From Rhodospirillales bacterium (lineage in GTDB: Bacteria > Pseudomonadota > Alphaproteobacteria > MPNO01 > UBA2964), in assembly GCA_038120295.1 (NCBI GenBank), contig JAYOLL010000010.1, forward strand, positions 35,149-99,148: a stretch of DNA of 64,000 nt, given 5' to 3'. Under the pieces are notes generated by a model. The model did not search any database and had not been told where the DNA came from. It worked only from the letters and a program-made list of their open reading frames with translations. Every line of letters begins with the position of its first letter. Position 1 is the stretch's first letter. Below are positions 1 to 8,729 of the stretch, one piece after another. The translations under genes and the position numbers were made by a program.

Positions 1-300
<300 letters not shown>

Positions 301-430
301 ATTTTAAAAAGTTCGGCGCGGCGAGACCTGCAACCGCCGGAAGTGTCTGGAATTAAACGAAAAGGGCCGGCGCACCTAAACGAAGGTGGGGTGGCTCATG
401 CAATTTTCCAATAGAAATTTCGTCTTCGCC

Positions 431-565
431 CCCCTCCCTGACCCTCCCCCGCTTGCGGGGGAGGGGATTCGTTCATTCAGGGCACGATATGGAAACGCCC
501 TCCCCCGATTCCGGGGGAGGGCTGGGGAGGGGGTGTCCGTCGAGGGGGTAACGGTCGGAGGGGGA
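431..565. repeat. REP-like element cluster, family 1 (C5/G5 hairpins)
   Basis: Hairpins CCCTCCCCC-GCTTGC-GGGGGAGGG (442-465) and CCCTCCCCCG-ATTC-CGGGGGAGGG (498-521), followed by further GGGGAGGGGG tracts. The prefix CCCCTCCCTGACCCTCCCCC is also present at 8516-8535. Confidence 0.8.
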
Positions 566-599
566 TAAACCGACCGGGGAGCGTGCGAACGGCGCACCG

Positions 600-2024
600 C
601 TATCCCGGCAGCACGTCGCCGAATTTTTTCATGATCCGTTCGTCGAGCTCGGCCGAGTTCCGCGCCACGATGGGGAATGTGTCCTTGCGGCGGAACGGCT
701 TGCAGGCGTCGACCACCACGCGCGAATTGCGCGGGTCCTCGTGGGAATAGGCCATCGGGTCGAGATGCGTGCTCCAGCAGCCGTTGAGAATATCCACCCC
801 GTCCTTCGGGTCGCACCTGGTGCACATCGACCAGATCACGTCATTGAGGTTGGCTGGGTCGATATCGTCGTCGACCACGATCACCCAGCGGTTGGCGTAG
901 GCGCCGGCGTGGCACTGGCTGGCGACGAGGCCGGCCTGTTTGGAATGGCCGCCATACATCGTCTTGACCGACACGGTGAGCCACATGCGGCTGCCGCCCG
1001 CCTCGTGCGCCCAGACGCCCTTGACCTCCGGGATGCCGGCGGCTTCGAGCTGGTTCCACACAGCGCCGCAGCGATAGGTGCCGCGATAGAACGTGTCGTC
1101 GTTGGGCGGCACCGCCGGGATCGCGCCGAGCAGGATCGGATCGTCGCGATGCATGAAGGTCTCGATGCGGATGGCCGGCTGTTTGGTCCCGCCGCCGGCG
1201 TAATAGCCGGTCCATTCGCCGAGCGGTCCTTCGTCGATGACATCGTCCGGATGGATAAAGCCCTCGAATGCGATTTCGGCATTGGCCGGCACCGGCAGGC
1301 CGGTTTTCGGCATGTTGATGATCTCGACGCCCTCGCCCAGCAGCCCGCCGGCGCAGTCGTACTCGTTCTTGCCGTAGGGCATCTCCAGCCCCGCCACCAT
1401 GAACAGGGCCGGGTGCATGCCGACCACCACGGCGATCGGGCAGGGCTCGCCTTTCGCATGGTACTTGTTGCGGATGATGTCGCCATGCTTTCCCTTCGAC
1501 GTCATCAGCGACGCGGTGCCCGGCCCGTGCGACTGCACCCGGTACGCGCCGTAATTGATCCAGCCTGTGTCCGGGTCGCGCATGATGACCATGCTCGCCG
1601 TGCCGATGAAATAGCCGCCGTCGAGCTCGTGCCATTTCGGGGTGGGGATCTTCTCGATATTGACGTCCTTGCCCTCGTACACGTTATCCAGCAGCGGTCC
1701 GCCATTGACTTCGACCGGCGGAATCGAGGGCTGGTCTTTCATGTATTTGCGCCAGAAATCGACCAGCCCGACTTCGGGCGTGTCCACCGGCAGATCGAGC
1801 GCGATATTGATGCGCGGCACCGAGGTCAGGATATTGGCCAGGACCCTGTAGCCCTTGTCGTAGCCCGGAATGTCGTCGAACATGACCGCCGGGTTGGTCA
1901 TTTTGCGCATATGGATATCGACAATCGCGCCGATCTCCTCCTCGCGGTCGGCGCCCGACACGTTCTGCAGCTGCCCCGCCGCTTCGAGCCCCGAAATCCA
2001 GTCCCTCAGATCCTTGTTCGCCAC
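600..2024 (-). CDS. UbiD-family (prenylated-FMN-dependent) aromatic acid decarboxylase
   Basis: 474-aa ORF. Its N-terminus MANKDLRDWISGLEAAGQL and internal blocks (IPTPKWHELDGGYFIGT, DPDTGWINYGAYR) are typical of UbiD/3-octaprenyl-4-hydroxybenzoate carboxy-lyase family proteins. No ubiX-like gene is in the window. Confidence 0.85.
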   Translation of the reverse strand: MANKDLRDWISGLEAAGQLQNVSGADREEEIGAIVDIHMRKMTNPAVMFDDIPGYDKGYRVLANILTSVPRINIALDLPVDTPEVGLVDFWRKYMKDQPSIPPVEVNGGPLLDNVYEGKDVNIEKIPTPKWHELDGGYFIGTASMVIMRDPDTGWINYGAYRVQSHGPGTASLMTSKGKHGDIIRNKYHAKGEPCPIAVVVGMHPALFMVAGLEMPYGKNEYDCAGGLLGEGVEIINMPKTGLPVPANAEIAFEGFIHPDDVIDEGPLGEWTGYYAGGGTKQPAIRIETFMHRDDPILLGAIPAVPPNDDTFYRGTYRCGAVWNQLEAAGIPEVKGVWAHEAGGSRMWLTVSVKTMYGGHSKQAGLVASQCHAGAYANRWVIVVDDDIDPANLNDVIWSMCTRCDPKDGVDILNGCWSTHLDPMAYSHEDPRNSRVVVDACKPFRRKDTFPIVARNSAELDERIMKKFGDVLPG

Positions 2025-2116
2025 GATGTTATCTCCATAATTCGATTTCGTCGCTCTTTAACACAATTCGTCATGGTCGGCGAAGGCCGGTCAAGACGGG
2101 CTGGGTGGACGAGACC

Positions 2117-2152
2117 ATACCCGGCGCCAGTGGACCAGGCCCGGGCATGACG
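2117..2152. repeat. REP-like element, family 3 (CGTCAT-hairpin type), long-loop copy
   Basis: ATACCCGG (2117-2124) pairs with CCGGGCAT (2141-2148) and is followed by GACG. The reverse complement reads CGTCATGCCCGGG, as in the copies at 8366-8392 and 17014-17042. Confidence 0.55.
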
Positions 2153-2156
2153 GAAT

Positions 2157-4475
2157 TTATCGATTATCGTCCAGAATCTTCTTCAGCCGCTGCGGCGTGA
2201 CCGGTGTCTGGGTCACTGCGCCGGGGATGCCGATGGCATCGTCGATAGCCGACGCAATCGCCGCCGACGCGCCGGTGATGCCCGCCTCGCCCGCGCCCTT
2301 GATGCCGAGCGGCGTGCGGATCGAGGGAAAATCCTCGGTCAGCAGGATTTCCGGCTGTGGAAGCTCCTGCAATGTCGGCATCAGGTAATCGGCGAAGGTC
2401 ACCGCCAACGGCTGCCCGTCCGCGTCGTAGGCGAATTCCTCATACAGCGTGCCGCCGATGCCCTGCGCGAGGCCGCCGACCAGCTGCCCGTCGACCATCG
2501 CGGGGTTGATCGCACGGCCGATATCGTAGCCGATGATGTAGCGTTCGATCTCTGTCTCGCCGGTCTCCGCGTCGACCTTCACCACCGCGATATGCAGACC
2601 GTACGGGTAGGTCTGGTGATCGATGTGGAAGAACGCCTCGCCCATCAGGAACGGATCGCGCTTGCCGCGCGCCTTGGACGCGGGGGCGAGCGCTTCCGCC
2701 ACCTCGCCCAGCGTGACAGACGGGCCGGACGGGTTGCCTTCGGGGTGCACCACGCCGTCGGTGATGGTCAGCTGGTCGGCCGGCGTCTGCAGCAGGTCGG
2801 CCGCCATATCGAGCGCCTTGTCGCGCACCTGGAGCGCGGTTTCGTAGACCGCCGTCCCCGTCAGCACGGTTGCGCGCGACGCGTGCGCGCCGACGCCGTA
2901 CTCGATCCGGTCGGTGCGACCGTGCACCACCTTGATGCGGCGATAATCGGTGCCCAGCGTTTCCGCGGCGATCTGCGCCATCGCGGTTTCAAATCCCTGC
3001 CCGATGGACGCGCCGCCCGTCACCACCTCGACATGGCCGGTGACGTCGACATAGATCTTGGACCCGTCGGTCGGGCCGAGCCCGCTTTTTTCGAAGAACA
3101 TCGAGACGCCGGCGCCCACCAGTTCCCCGTTGGCCCGACGCTCGGCGAGCTCTTTCCGGATATCGGCATAGCCGTACCTGTCGATGACCTGGTCGAGCAG
3201 CCCCGCGTAATCGCCCGGATCGTGCTCGACGGAATCGCCCAGCACGTCGAGATCGCGGCCCCAGGGCATTTCCTCCAGCGCGATCAGGTTACGGCGGCGC
3301 ACCGCCAGCGGATCCATCCCCATCTCCTGCGCGATGGCATCCATCAGCCGTTCGCGCACGAAGGTGCTTTCGAACCGGCCGGGCGACCGGTAGGTCGCCG
3401 CCGGCGTCTTGTTGGTCAGGCAGAAATGGCAGACCGAGCGATAGTTCGGTATGCGGTACGGCCCCGGCAGGGTGCCGGTCGTCATGTTGGCGACCCGCGT
3501 GCCGTGGGTGCGGATATAGCCGCCCTGGTCGAGCCACAGCTCGTCGTCGATGGCCGTCACCTCGCCGTCTTCGGCCACCGCAGCGCGGATCTTGTGGCGC
3601 TGCTGGCGCGACTGGTTGGCGGCGGTCAGGTGTTCCTGCCGGTCTTCGATCCATTTGACCGGCCGGTCGAGCCGCATGGCGGCGACGCACACCAACACGT
3701 CCTCGGGGTAGAGCTCGCCCCGAATTCCGAACCCGCCGCCGGTATGGCCCTCATACAGATGCACGCCCGAGGCTGGTCGGTTCAGCATGCGGCACAGCGT
3801 TTCGCGGTTGCGATGCGGGACCTTGGCCGCGCCGTGCATTTCCAGCACGTCGCGCGCCGCGTCGTAGCGCCCGACAGCGCCGCGGCATTCCAGCGGGACG
3901 CCCGAATGGCGGCCGACCTTTACGTCGACCTCGACGATCTTGAACGCCTCGGCGAAACATTTCTCGATATCGCCGTAGCCCTGCGCGACCACGGCGGCCT
4001 CGGTGGTCTGGCCCTCCTTGAAATCCTGCGGCGGGTCGTCGGCATTGACGAGGACCGGCAGCGGTTCGAGGTCGAGCTCTACCAGCTCGGCCGCGTCCTC
4101 AGCGATATAGGCGTCTTCGGCGAACACGGCGGCGACCGGATCGCCGACATAGCGCACCCGCTCGCGCGCCAGCGCATACTGGCGGAACAGGGCCAGCTGC
4201 GGGTTCGAGCCCTCGCGGAAATCGATCGGCGGGATGTCGGCGATATCTTCCGACGTCCACACCGCCACCACGCCCGGCACGGCCTTCGCCGCCGCGGTAT
4301 CGATGCCTTTTATCAGCCCGTGTCCGATGGGCGAGCGAACCACCCGCATGTGCAGCTGGTCGGGGAAATTCACATCGCCGACGAAGCGCGCCCTGCCCGA
4401 GATCAGCGGCGGGTCTTCCAGCCGGTTTACGCTGTCGCCGAGATGACCCAGCATTTCGTTCTTGCGAATAGCCAT
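2157..4475 (-). CDS. xanthine dehydrogenase-family molybdopterin-binding large subunit (CoxL-like, not a CO dehydrogenase)
   Basis: ORF 2157..4547. The start is placed at MAIRKNEMLGH (ATG 4475-4473), whose A is shared with the TGA of the upstream small subunit (TGATG). It has GGGFG and ATYRSPGRFE blocks. The form I CODH loop AYxCSFR is absent. Confidence 0.85.
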   Translation of the reverse strand: MAIRKNEMLGHLGDSVNRLEDPPLISGRARFVGDVNFPDQLHMRVVRSPIGHGLIKGIDTAAAKAVPGVVAVWTSEDIADIPPIDFREGSNPQLALFRQYALARERVRYVGDPVAAVFAEDAYIAEDAAELVELDLEPLPVLVNADDPPQDFKEGQTTEAAVVAQGYGDIEKCFAEAFKIVEVDVKVGRHSGVPLECRGAVGRYDAARDVLEMHGAAKVPHRNRETLCRMLNRPASGVHLYEGHTGGGFGIRGELYPEDVLVCVAAMRLDRPVKWIEDRQEHLTAANQSRQQRHKIRAAVAEDGEVTAIDDELWLDQGGYIRTHGTRVANMTTGTLPGPYRIPNYRSVCHFCLTNKTPAATYRSPGRFESTFVRERLMDAIAQEMGMDPLAVRRRNLIALEEMPWGRDLDVLGDSVEHDPGDYAGLLDQVIDRYGYADIRKELAERRANGELVGAGVSMFFEKSGLGPTDGSKIYVDVTGHVEVVTGGASIGQGFETAMAQIAAETLGTDYRRIKVVHGRTDRIEYGVGAHASRATVLTGTAVYETALQVRDKALDMAADLLQTPADQLTITDGVVHPEGNPSGPSVTLGEVAEALAPASKARGKRDPFLMGEAFFHIDHQTYPYGLHIAVVKVDAETGETEIERYIIGYDIGRAINPAMVDGQLVGGLAQGIGGTLYEEFAYDADGQPLAVTFADYLMPTLQELPQPEILLTEDFPSIRTPLGIKGAGEAGITGASAAIASAIDDAIGIPGAVTQTPVTPQRLKKILDDNR

Positions 4476-4954
4476 CAGGCGCTCTTCATTTTGTCGCGGG
4501 CCTCGCGGACCGCCTTGATGATGTTCTGGTATCCGGTGCAGCGGCACAAATTGGAGGCCAGCGCATCGTTTAGCGCCTCATCGTCGATATCCGGGTTGGC
4601 TTCCAGGACGCCGGTCGCCAGCATCAGGAATCCGGGCGTGCAGTAGCCGCATTGCAGCGCGTGATTATCGGTAAAGGCCTGCTGAAGCGGGTGGAGCTTC
4701 TCCCCGTCCGCCAGCCCTTCGACGGTGCGGATTTTCTTGCCCTGCGCCTGGATGCCGAACATCAGGCAGGAGCGCATCGGCTCGCCATCGATCAGCACCG
4801 TACAGGCGCCGCACACGCCGTGTTCGCACCCGAGATGCGTGCCGGTCTGCCCGCAATCGTCGCGGATCACGTCGGCCAGCGTCTTGCGCGGCTCGACCGT
4901 CGCGCTGTAATCGCGCCCGTTGATGTTTAGATTGATCTCGACCTTGTCAGCCAT
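4475..4954 (-). CDS. (2Fe-2S)-binding small subunit of the molybdoenzyme (CoxS-like)
   Basis: 159 aa with GCEHGVCGACTV and CRCTGYQNI cysteine motifs. Confidence 0.9.
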   Translation of the reverse strand: MADKVEINLNINGRDYSATVEPRKTLADVIRDDCGQTGTHLGCEHGVCGACTVLIDGEPMRSCLMFGIQAQGKKIRTVEGLADGEKLHPLQQAFTDNHALQCGYCTPGFLMLATGVLEANPDIDDEALNDALASNLCRCTGYQNIIKAVREARDKMKSA

Positions 4955-4960
4955 CTGTCC

Positions 4961-5821
4961 TTATCCCTTCGCCGCATCGTCGAGCGCCCGGCGCACCATC
5001 GCCCGCACCAGGTCGCGTCGGTAATCGGCGGTATTCTGCGCGTCTTCCATAGGATCGACCGCGGCGGACGCGGCTTCCGCCGCCGCATCGAACGCGTCCG
5101 GTCCGGCAGCCTGCCCGTTCAGCGCGGCCTCGGCTTCGGCGATCCGCCTGGGCCGGTCCTCCGCCCCGCCGACCCCGATGCGGGCATCCGTAATTTTCCC
5201 GCCTTCCTCGCGATAAACCGCCACCGCCATGGCGATGGCGAAATCGCCGGCCCGCCGGCTGAATTCCTGGAACCCGACTTTCGCGTCCATCGGCAGCGTG
5301 GGGATCCGAACCTCGGCCAGCAGCTCGTCTTCGGCCAGCGCGGTGGTCATCACCGTTTCGAAGAAGTCCGCGGCCGGGATCAGCCGTTCGCCCCGCGACG
5401 ATTTCGCGACCATCGTCGCATCCATCGTCGCCGCCACGGCGCACCATTCGGAGGCCGGGTCGGCATGGGCTACGGAGCCGCAGAACGTGCCGCGCAGGCG
5501 GATCGGCAGATGCGCGATCTTCGCCGCGACCTTGGTCAGCAGCGCGCCCAGCGGGCCTTCGCAGACCTCGTTGTGGAATGTCGCGTGCCGGACCCGAGCG
5601 CCGATGGCGATCGCGTCGCCCTCGGTCGAGATCGCGTCCAGCCCCTCGACATTATTGATATCGATCAGATGCGGCGGCCTGGCGAGCCGGAATGCCATGG
5701 TCGGCACCAGGCTCTGGCCGCCCGCGAGAATGCGCCCGTCCTCGGGAGCGTACTGCGCCAGCAGCGCGACTGCCTCATCGACGGTCGTCGGCGCGTGATA
5801 GGTGAAAGCAGCGGGTTTCAT
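4961..5821 (-). CDS. FAD-binding medium subunit of the molybdoenzyme (CoxM-like)
   Basis: 286 aa. MKPAAFTYHAPTTVDEAVALLAQ and AGGQSLVP are typical of the FAD_binding_5 subunit. The gene order on the minus strand is M-S-L. Confidence 0.85.
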   Translation of the reverse strand: MKPAAFTYHAPTTVDEAVALLAQYAPEDGRILAGGQSLVPTMAFRLARPPHLIDINNVEGLDAISTEGDAIAIGARVRHATFHNEVCEGPLGALLTKVAAKIAHLPIRLRGTFCGSVAHADPASEWCAVAATMDATMVAKSSRGERLIPAADFFETVMTTALAEDELLAEVRIPTLPMDAKVGFQEFSRRAGDFAIAMAVAVYREEGGKITDARIGVGGAEDRPRRIAEAEAALNGQAAGPDAFDAAAEAASAAVDPMEDAQNTADYRRDLVRAMVRRALDDAAKG

Positions 5822-5939
5822 GCGGTTCCTTCACATTCAGCGGAAGACGCATTGATGCCTCAGAATGGCGGAGGCGTAAAGGGGGCCGCGCGCGCCTGGC
5901 TGCGGCCCGGCCCCGCCGATAGTTTCCTGCCGCAGACGC

Positions 5940-6049
5940 CATCCTTCGAGACGCGCCCCCCATAATGAATTCGGACGCTCCTCAGGATGAGGAGCGTCAC
6001 TAAAGACCTCATCCTGAGGAGCGAGCGCAAGCGAGCGTCTCGAAGGATG
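5940..6049. repeat. REP/MITE-like composite hairpin, family 2
   Basis: The outer arms CATCCTTCGAGACGC (5940-5954) and GCGTCTCGAAGGATG (6035-6049) pair. Inside them is the perfect palindrome GACGCTCCTCA-GGA-TGAGGAGCGTC (5974-5998). A 43-nt module (reverse complement of 6007-6049) matches 51026-51068 at 41 of 43 positions. Confidence 0.8.
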
Positions 6050-6147
6050 CGATGCCGTACTAAATCCTTCCCGCTTCCCCCTTCGAATCCCCTATGTCAC
6101 AATTCGGGTAACCCTATTCCCATAGACGCTTCCCGGGAGTGACGATC

Positions 6148-7395
6148 ATGGATCGCATCGAATCGACGAATACCGAGCCCTATGTGCCGCCGCTGCAGCT
6201 GACCGAGGGGCAGCCGGCGCCGATTGCCGCCAATGGCGGGCTGTCCTACCTGTCGTTCGCCGAGAACGGCGACGCCGGCACCGGCGAGGCGCTGAAGGAT
6301 GCGCTGGCGCTGGCGGCCGACGATGAGGGGCCGAACCTGGTCGCGCGGATCGAGAACGCGCCGCCCGGCCCGATCGAAACCAAATGGGGCCCCGGCTTCC
6401 GGACATACGAAGACTGCCTCGCCTATATTAACGAGCAGGGGATCGCGGCGCCGGAGGGCGGCATCGTCGCGCCGCTGGGCTATACGGTCTACGAAAGGCC
6501 AACCTATTCGGTGGTGCCGTCGAATTCGCTGTGGCGCAACCCCGCCCCGCCGGTCGATATGGGGCTGATCCGGCGTCAGCAGGAAAACAACCAGAAATAC
6601 AATCTGTACTTCCCGGTCGTGCTGCGCGATGCGCGGCGGATCGGCGAGTACTATCCCGGCCTCCGCCCGGACAGCGCCGAATGCATGGACAGGCTCGGCC
6701 TGTCGGTGGCGCATCTGGAGTCGAAGCTCGAGAATATCTACGACGCAGCCGAGGTGGAGCGCGTGTTCTATCCCGAGATCGAAAAGCTGCTGCTCGATTT
6801 CTTCCCCGGCGCGACCGATGCGCTGGTCTATAACCATGACTGTTTCGACGCCGACTATACCGGCGACCGCACCGAGAACCAGGATGCGAAGAACCCCGGC
6901 GTGCAGTCGAGCTATTCCAACCGGGTGCATAACGATCTCAATGACAATTCCGGCCGGCTGCGCTGCTGGGAGCTGCTGACGCAGAACCTGCGCAATTTCG
7001 GACGGCAGCAGACCTATACCGAAGCCGAGGCGCGCGAGAAAATGTCGCGCCGCTTCATGTCGATCAACCTCGCGAAGCCGGCGGAGCCGGTCGGGCAGTA
7101 CCCGTTCGTGCTGTGCGCCTGGCCGTCCTTCGCGAAGCAGCCCTATATCAACAATTACCGCATCTATGACGACCGCGTGGGCGAGACCACGCGCTTCACC
7201 TGGCACCCCGACCATGAATGGTACTGGTTCCCGCAGCAGAAGCCGACCGAGGTTTCGATGCTGAAATGCTATGACAGCGTCAGTGACGGCTCCGTCTCGC
7301 GTTGGTCGTTCCACACGGCCTGCAAGGAGCCGACCGCGCCGGCGGACGCGCGCAACCGGCGGAACGTGGTGGTGCGGTCCTACGTGTTTTTCTGA
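6148..7395 (+). CDS. CmcJ/NvfI (AsaB-like) family non-haem-iron oxygenase-like protein with a long N-terminal extension
   Basis: The ORF track starts at GTG 6139. ATG 6148 has a GGGAG 8 nt upstream. The block AEVERVFYPEIEKLLLDFFPGATDALVYNHDCF, the HxD-like VHNDLN and the C-terminal RNVVVRSYVFF resemble this family. Amino-acid composition is diverse, unlike the Arg/Gly/Ala-rich antisense ORF 6097..7449. Confidence 0.5.
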   Translation: MDRIESTNTEPYVPPLQLTEGQPAPIAANGGLSYLSFAENGDAGTGEALKDALALAADDEGPNLVARIENAPPGPIETKWGPGFRTYEDCLAYINEQGIAAPEGGIVAPLGYTVYERPTYSVVPSNSLWRNPAPPVDMGLIRRQQENNQKYNLYFPVVLRDARRIGEYYPGLRPDSAECMDRLGLSVAHLESKLENIYDAAEVERVFYPEIEKLLLDFFPGATDALVYNHDCFDADYTGDRTENQDAKNPGVQSSYSNRVHNDLNDNSGRLRCWELLTQNLRNFGRQQTYTEAEAREKMSRRFMSINLAKPAEPVGQYPFVLCAWPSFAKQPYINNYRIYDDRVGETTRFTWHPDHEWYWFPQQKPTEVSMLKCYDSVSDGSVSRWSFHTACKEPTAPADARNRRNVVVRSYVFF

Positions 7396-7429
7396 GAATT
7401 CTATCGGAACCTGAAGAGTAGAAGCCCCC

Positions 7430-8278
7430 ATGCCCCCCACCCCCGTCATCGACTCCCAGGTTCACGCCTACGAGGCCAACACGCCCGCGCGGCCGTGGCA
7501 TGCGGTGCCGAACTGGCCCGATCATGTCACCGGCGACGAGATGGTGGCGGCGATGGATGCGGTGGGCGTCGACGGGGCGATCTTCATCTCGGCGTTCGGC
7601 CTGTACCGGTATGACGGCTCCTACGCGGTCGAGGTGCAGCAGGCCCATCCCGGCCGGTTCGCGATTATCAAGCCGGTCAATTTCGACGATCCGGCGGTGG
7701 GCGACGATATCGCGGCGTGGAAGGAAACGCCGGGCGCGGTCGGCATCCGCGTCATGATAACCGGCGAGGCGGGGCGGCCGGTGAGCCTTCCCGGGGTCGA
7801 CAACGTGGCGCGCGAGGCGGCCCGGCACGGGCTGCCGCTTAACCTTCATTGCTGGACCAATCTCGACGACACCACCGCGCTGATCGACCGTCATCCGGAG
7901 ACGTTCTTCATCATCGATCATATGGGGATCGAGCAGCCCAAGGTAGCGCCTGCGCCCGCCGAGCCCTGGGTCGATCTGCCGAAGGTGCTGGCGCTCGCCA
8001 GCCGCGACAATGCGGCGATCAAGATCAGCGGCGCCTGCACCCTGTCGCACGAGCCGTTCCCGTTTCCCGATATCTGGGACCCGCTCGCCCGCATCTTCGA
8101 CGCCTGGGGGATGGAGCGCTGCCTGTGGGGCACCGACTGGACCCGCGCCCATGCGGTGGTCAGCTATCGCGACGGGGTGGAACCGTTCCGCCTCACCGAC
8201 CGATTGAGCGACAGCGACCGCGCCATGCTGATGGGCGGCGCCTGCGCGAAGGCGTACGGGTGGTCGCCGACCCTGTAG
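7430..8278 (+). CDS. amidohydrolase-2 family protein (PF04909-like)
   Basis: 282 aa. VIDSQVHAY at the N-terminus and the later HCW, DHMG and WGTDW blocks are typical of metal-dependent amidohydrolase-2 hydrolases and lactonases. Confidence 0.8.
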   Translation: MPPTPVIDSQVHAYEANTPARPWHAVPNWPDHVTGDEMVAAMDAVGVDGAIFISAFGLYRYDGSYAVEVQQAHPGRFAIIKPVNFDDPAVGDDIAAWKETPGAVGIRVMITGEAGRPVSLPGVDNVAREAARHGLPLNLHCWTNLDDTTALIDRHPETFFIIDHMGIEQPKVAPAPAEPWVDLPKVLALASRDNAAIKISGACTLSHEPFPFPDIWDPLARIFDAWGMERCLWGTDWTRAHAVVSYRDGVEPFRLTDRLSDSDRAMLMGGACAKAYGWSPTL

Positions 8279-8290
8279 GCGCAAAACAGG

Positions 8291-8454
8291 CTGTCATCGC
8301 CGGGCCCAGTTGCGCTTCACGCCCGTGGCCGGCGATCTCGTGCCGCGGCGCTCCGTCACCTCAAGATGCCCGGATCAAGTCCGGGCATGACGATTTAATG
8401 GTAACCGTATCTCAATTTAGACTCGTCATCGCCGGGCGTGTCCCGGCGATCTCC
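8291..8454. repeat. three REP-like hairpins, family 3
   Basis: Three copies: ATCGCCGG...CCGGCGAT (8296-8336, long loop), ATGCCCGGA-TCAAG-TCCGGGCAT-GACG (8366-8392) and CGTCATCGCCGGG-CGTGT-CCCGGCGATC (8424-8451). Confidence 0.75.
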
Positions 8455-8510
8455 CATTGACACGCTCCGTCCCCACGAAAGTACCGGGCATGAAGAGCGT
8501 GCCTGGGCGA

Positions 8511-8620
8511 GAAACCCCCTCCCTGACCCTCCCCCGGAATCGGGGGAGGGGACGCGGTTGCAGGGTCCGTGTCCTGTTCAGTTGTTCGCCCAATTTTGGG
8601 GCGAGGGTTGGGGTGGGGGG
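8511..8620. repeat. REP-like element, family 1
   Basis: CCCCTCCCTGA-CCCTCCCCCG-GAAT-CGGGGGAGGG (hairpin 8527-8550), followed by GGGGCGAGGGTTGGGGTGGGGGG. Confidence 0.8.
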
Positions 8621-8729
8621 TACGCAGCGCCACGGGAAATCCTTGAACTGCGGTGCGGGTCCGTGCAAGCATCCTCCCGTTTGGAGAGCGCGGTCGACCG
8701 TGCCGAATTGACAACAGGGAGAATTCTTT

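Noticed and set aside
376-825. ORFs spanning the REP clusters. Examples are 376..825, 386..568, 8412..8755, 8438..8998, 8457..8711, 12801..13160, 12913..13327, 44412..45011, 59072..59587 and 59145..59429.
   Set aside because: Their Pro/Gly/Arg/Glu-rich translations (PLPDPPPLAGEGI, LPRNRGRG and similar) are simply the C5/G5 hairpin repeats read in different frames. They overlap each other in several frames and strands.
741-2150. Long ORFs antisense to real genes. Examples are 741..2150, 2592..4646, 6097..7449, 8745..9692, 14930..16132, 37900..39666, 43385..44779, 45625..47088, 52151..53707, 53577..54794, 58126..59232 and 61276..62385.
   Set aside because: They are Arg/Ala/Gly/Pro/Val-rich shadow ORFs, typical of the antisense strand of GC3-biased genes. 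Each fully overlaps a gene with clear family motifs on the other strand, and none shows recognisable domains.
2157-5821. The CoxM-S-L-like operon as an aerobic carbon monoxide dehydrogenase.
   Set aside because: The large subunit has ATYRSPGRFE where form I CODH has the Mo-Cu active-site loop AYxCSFR. No coxD/E/F-type maturation genes are adjacent. It is better called a generic XDH-family hydroxylase or dehydrogenase of unknown substrate.
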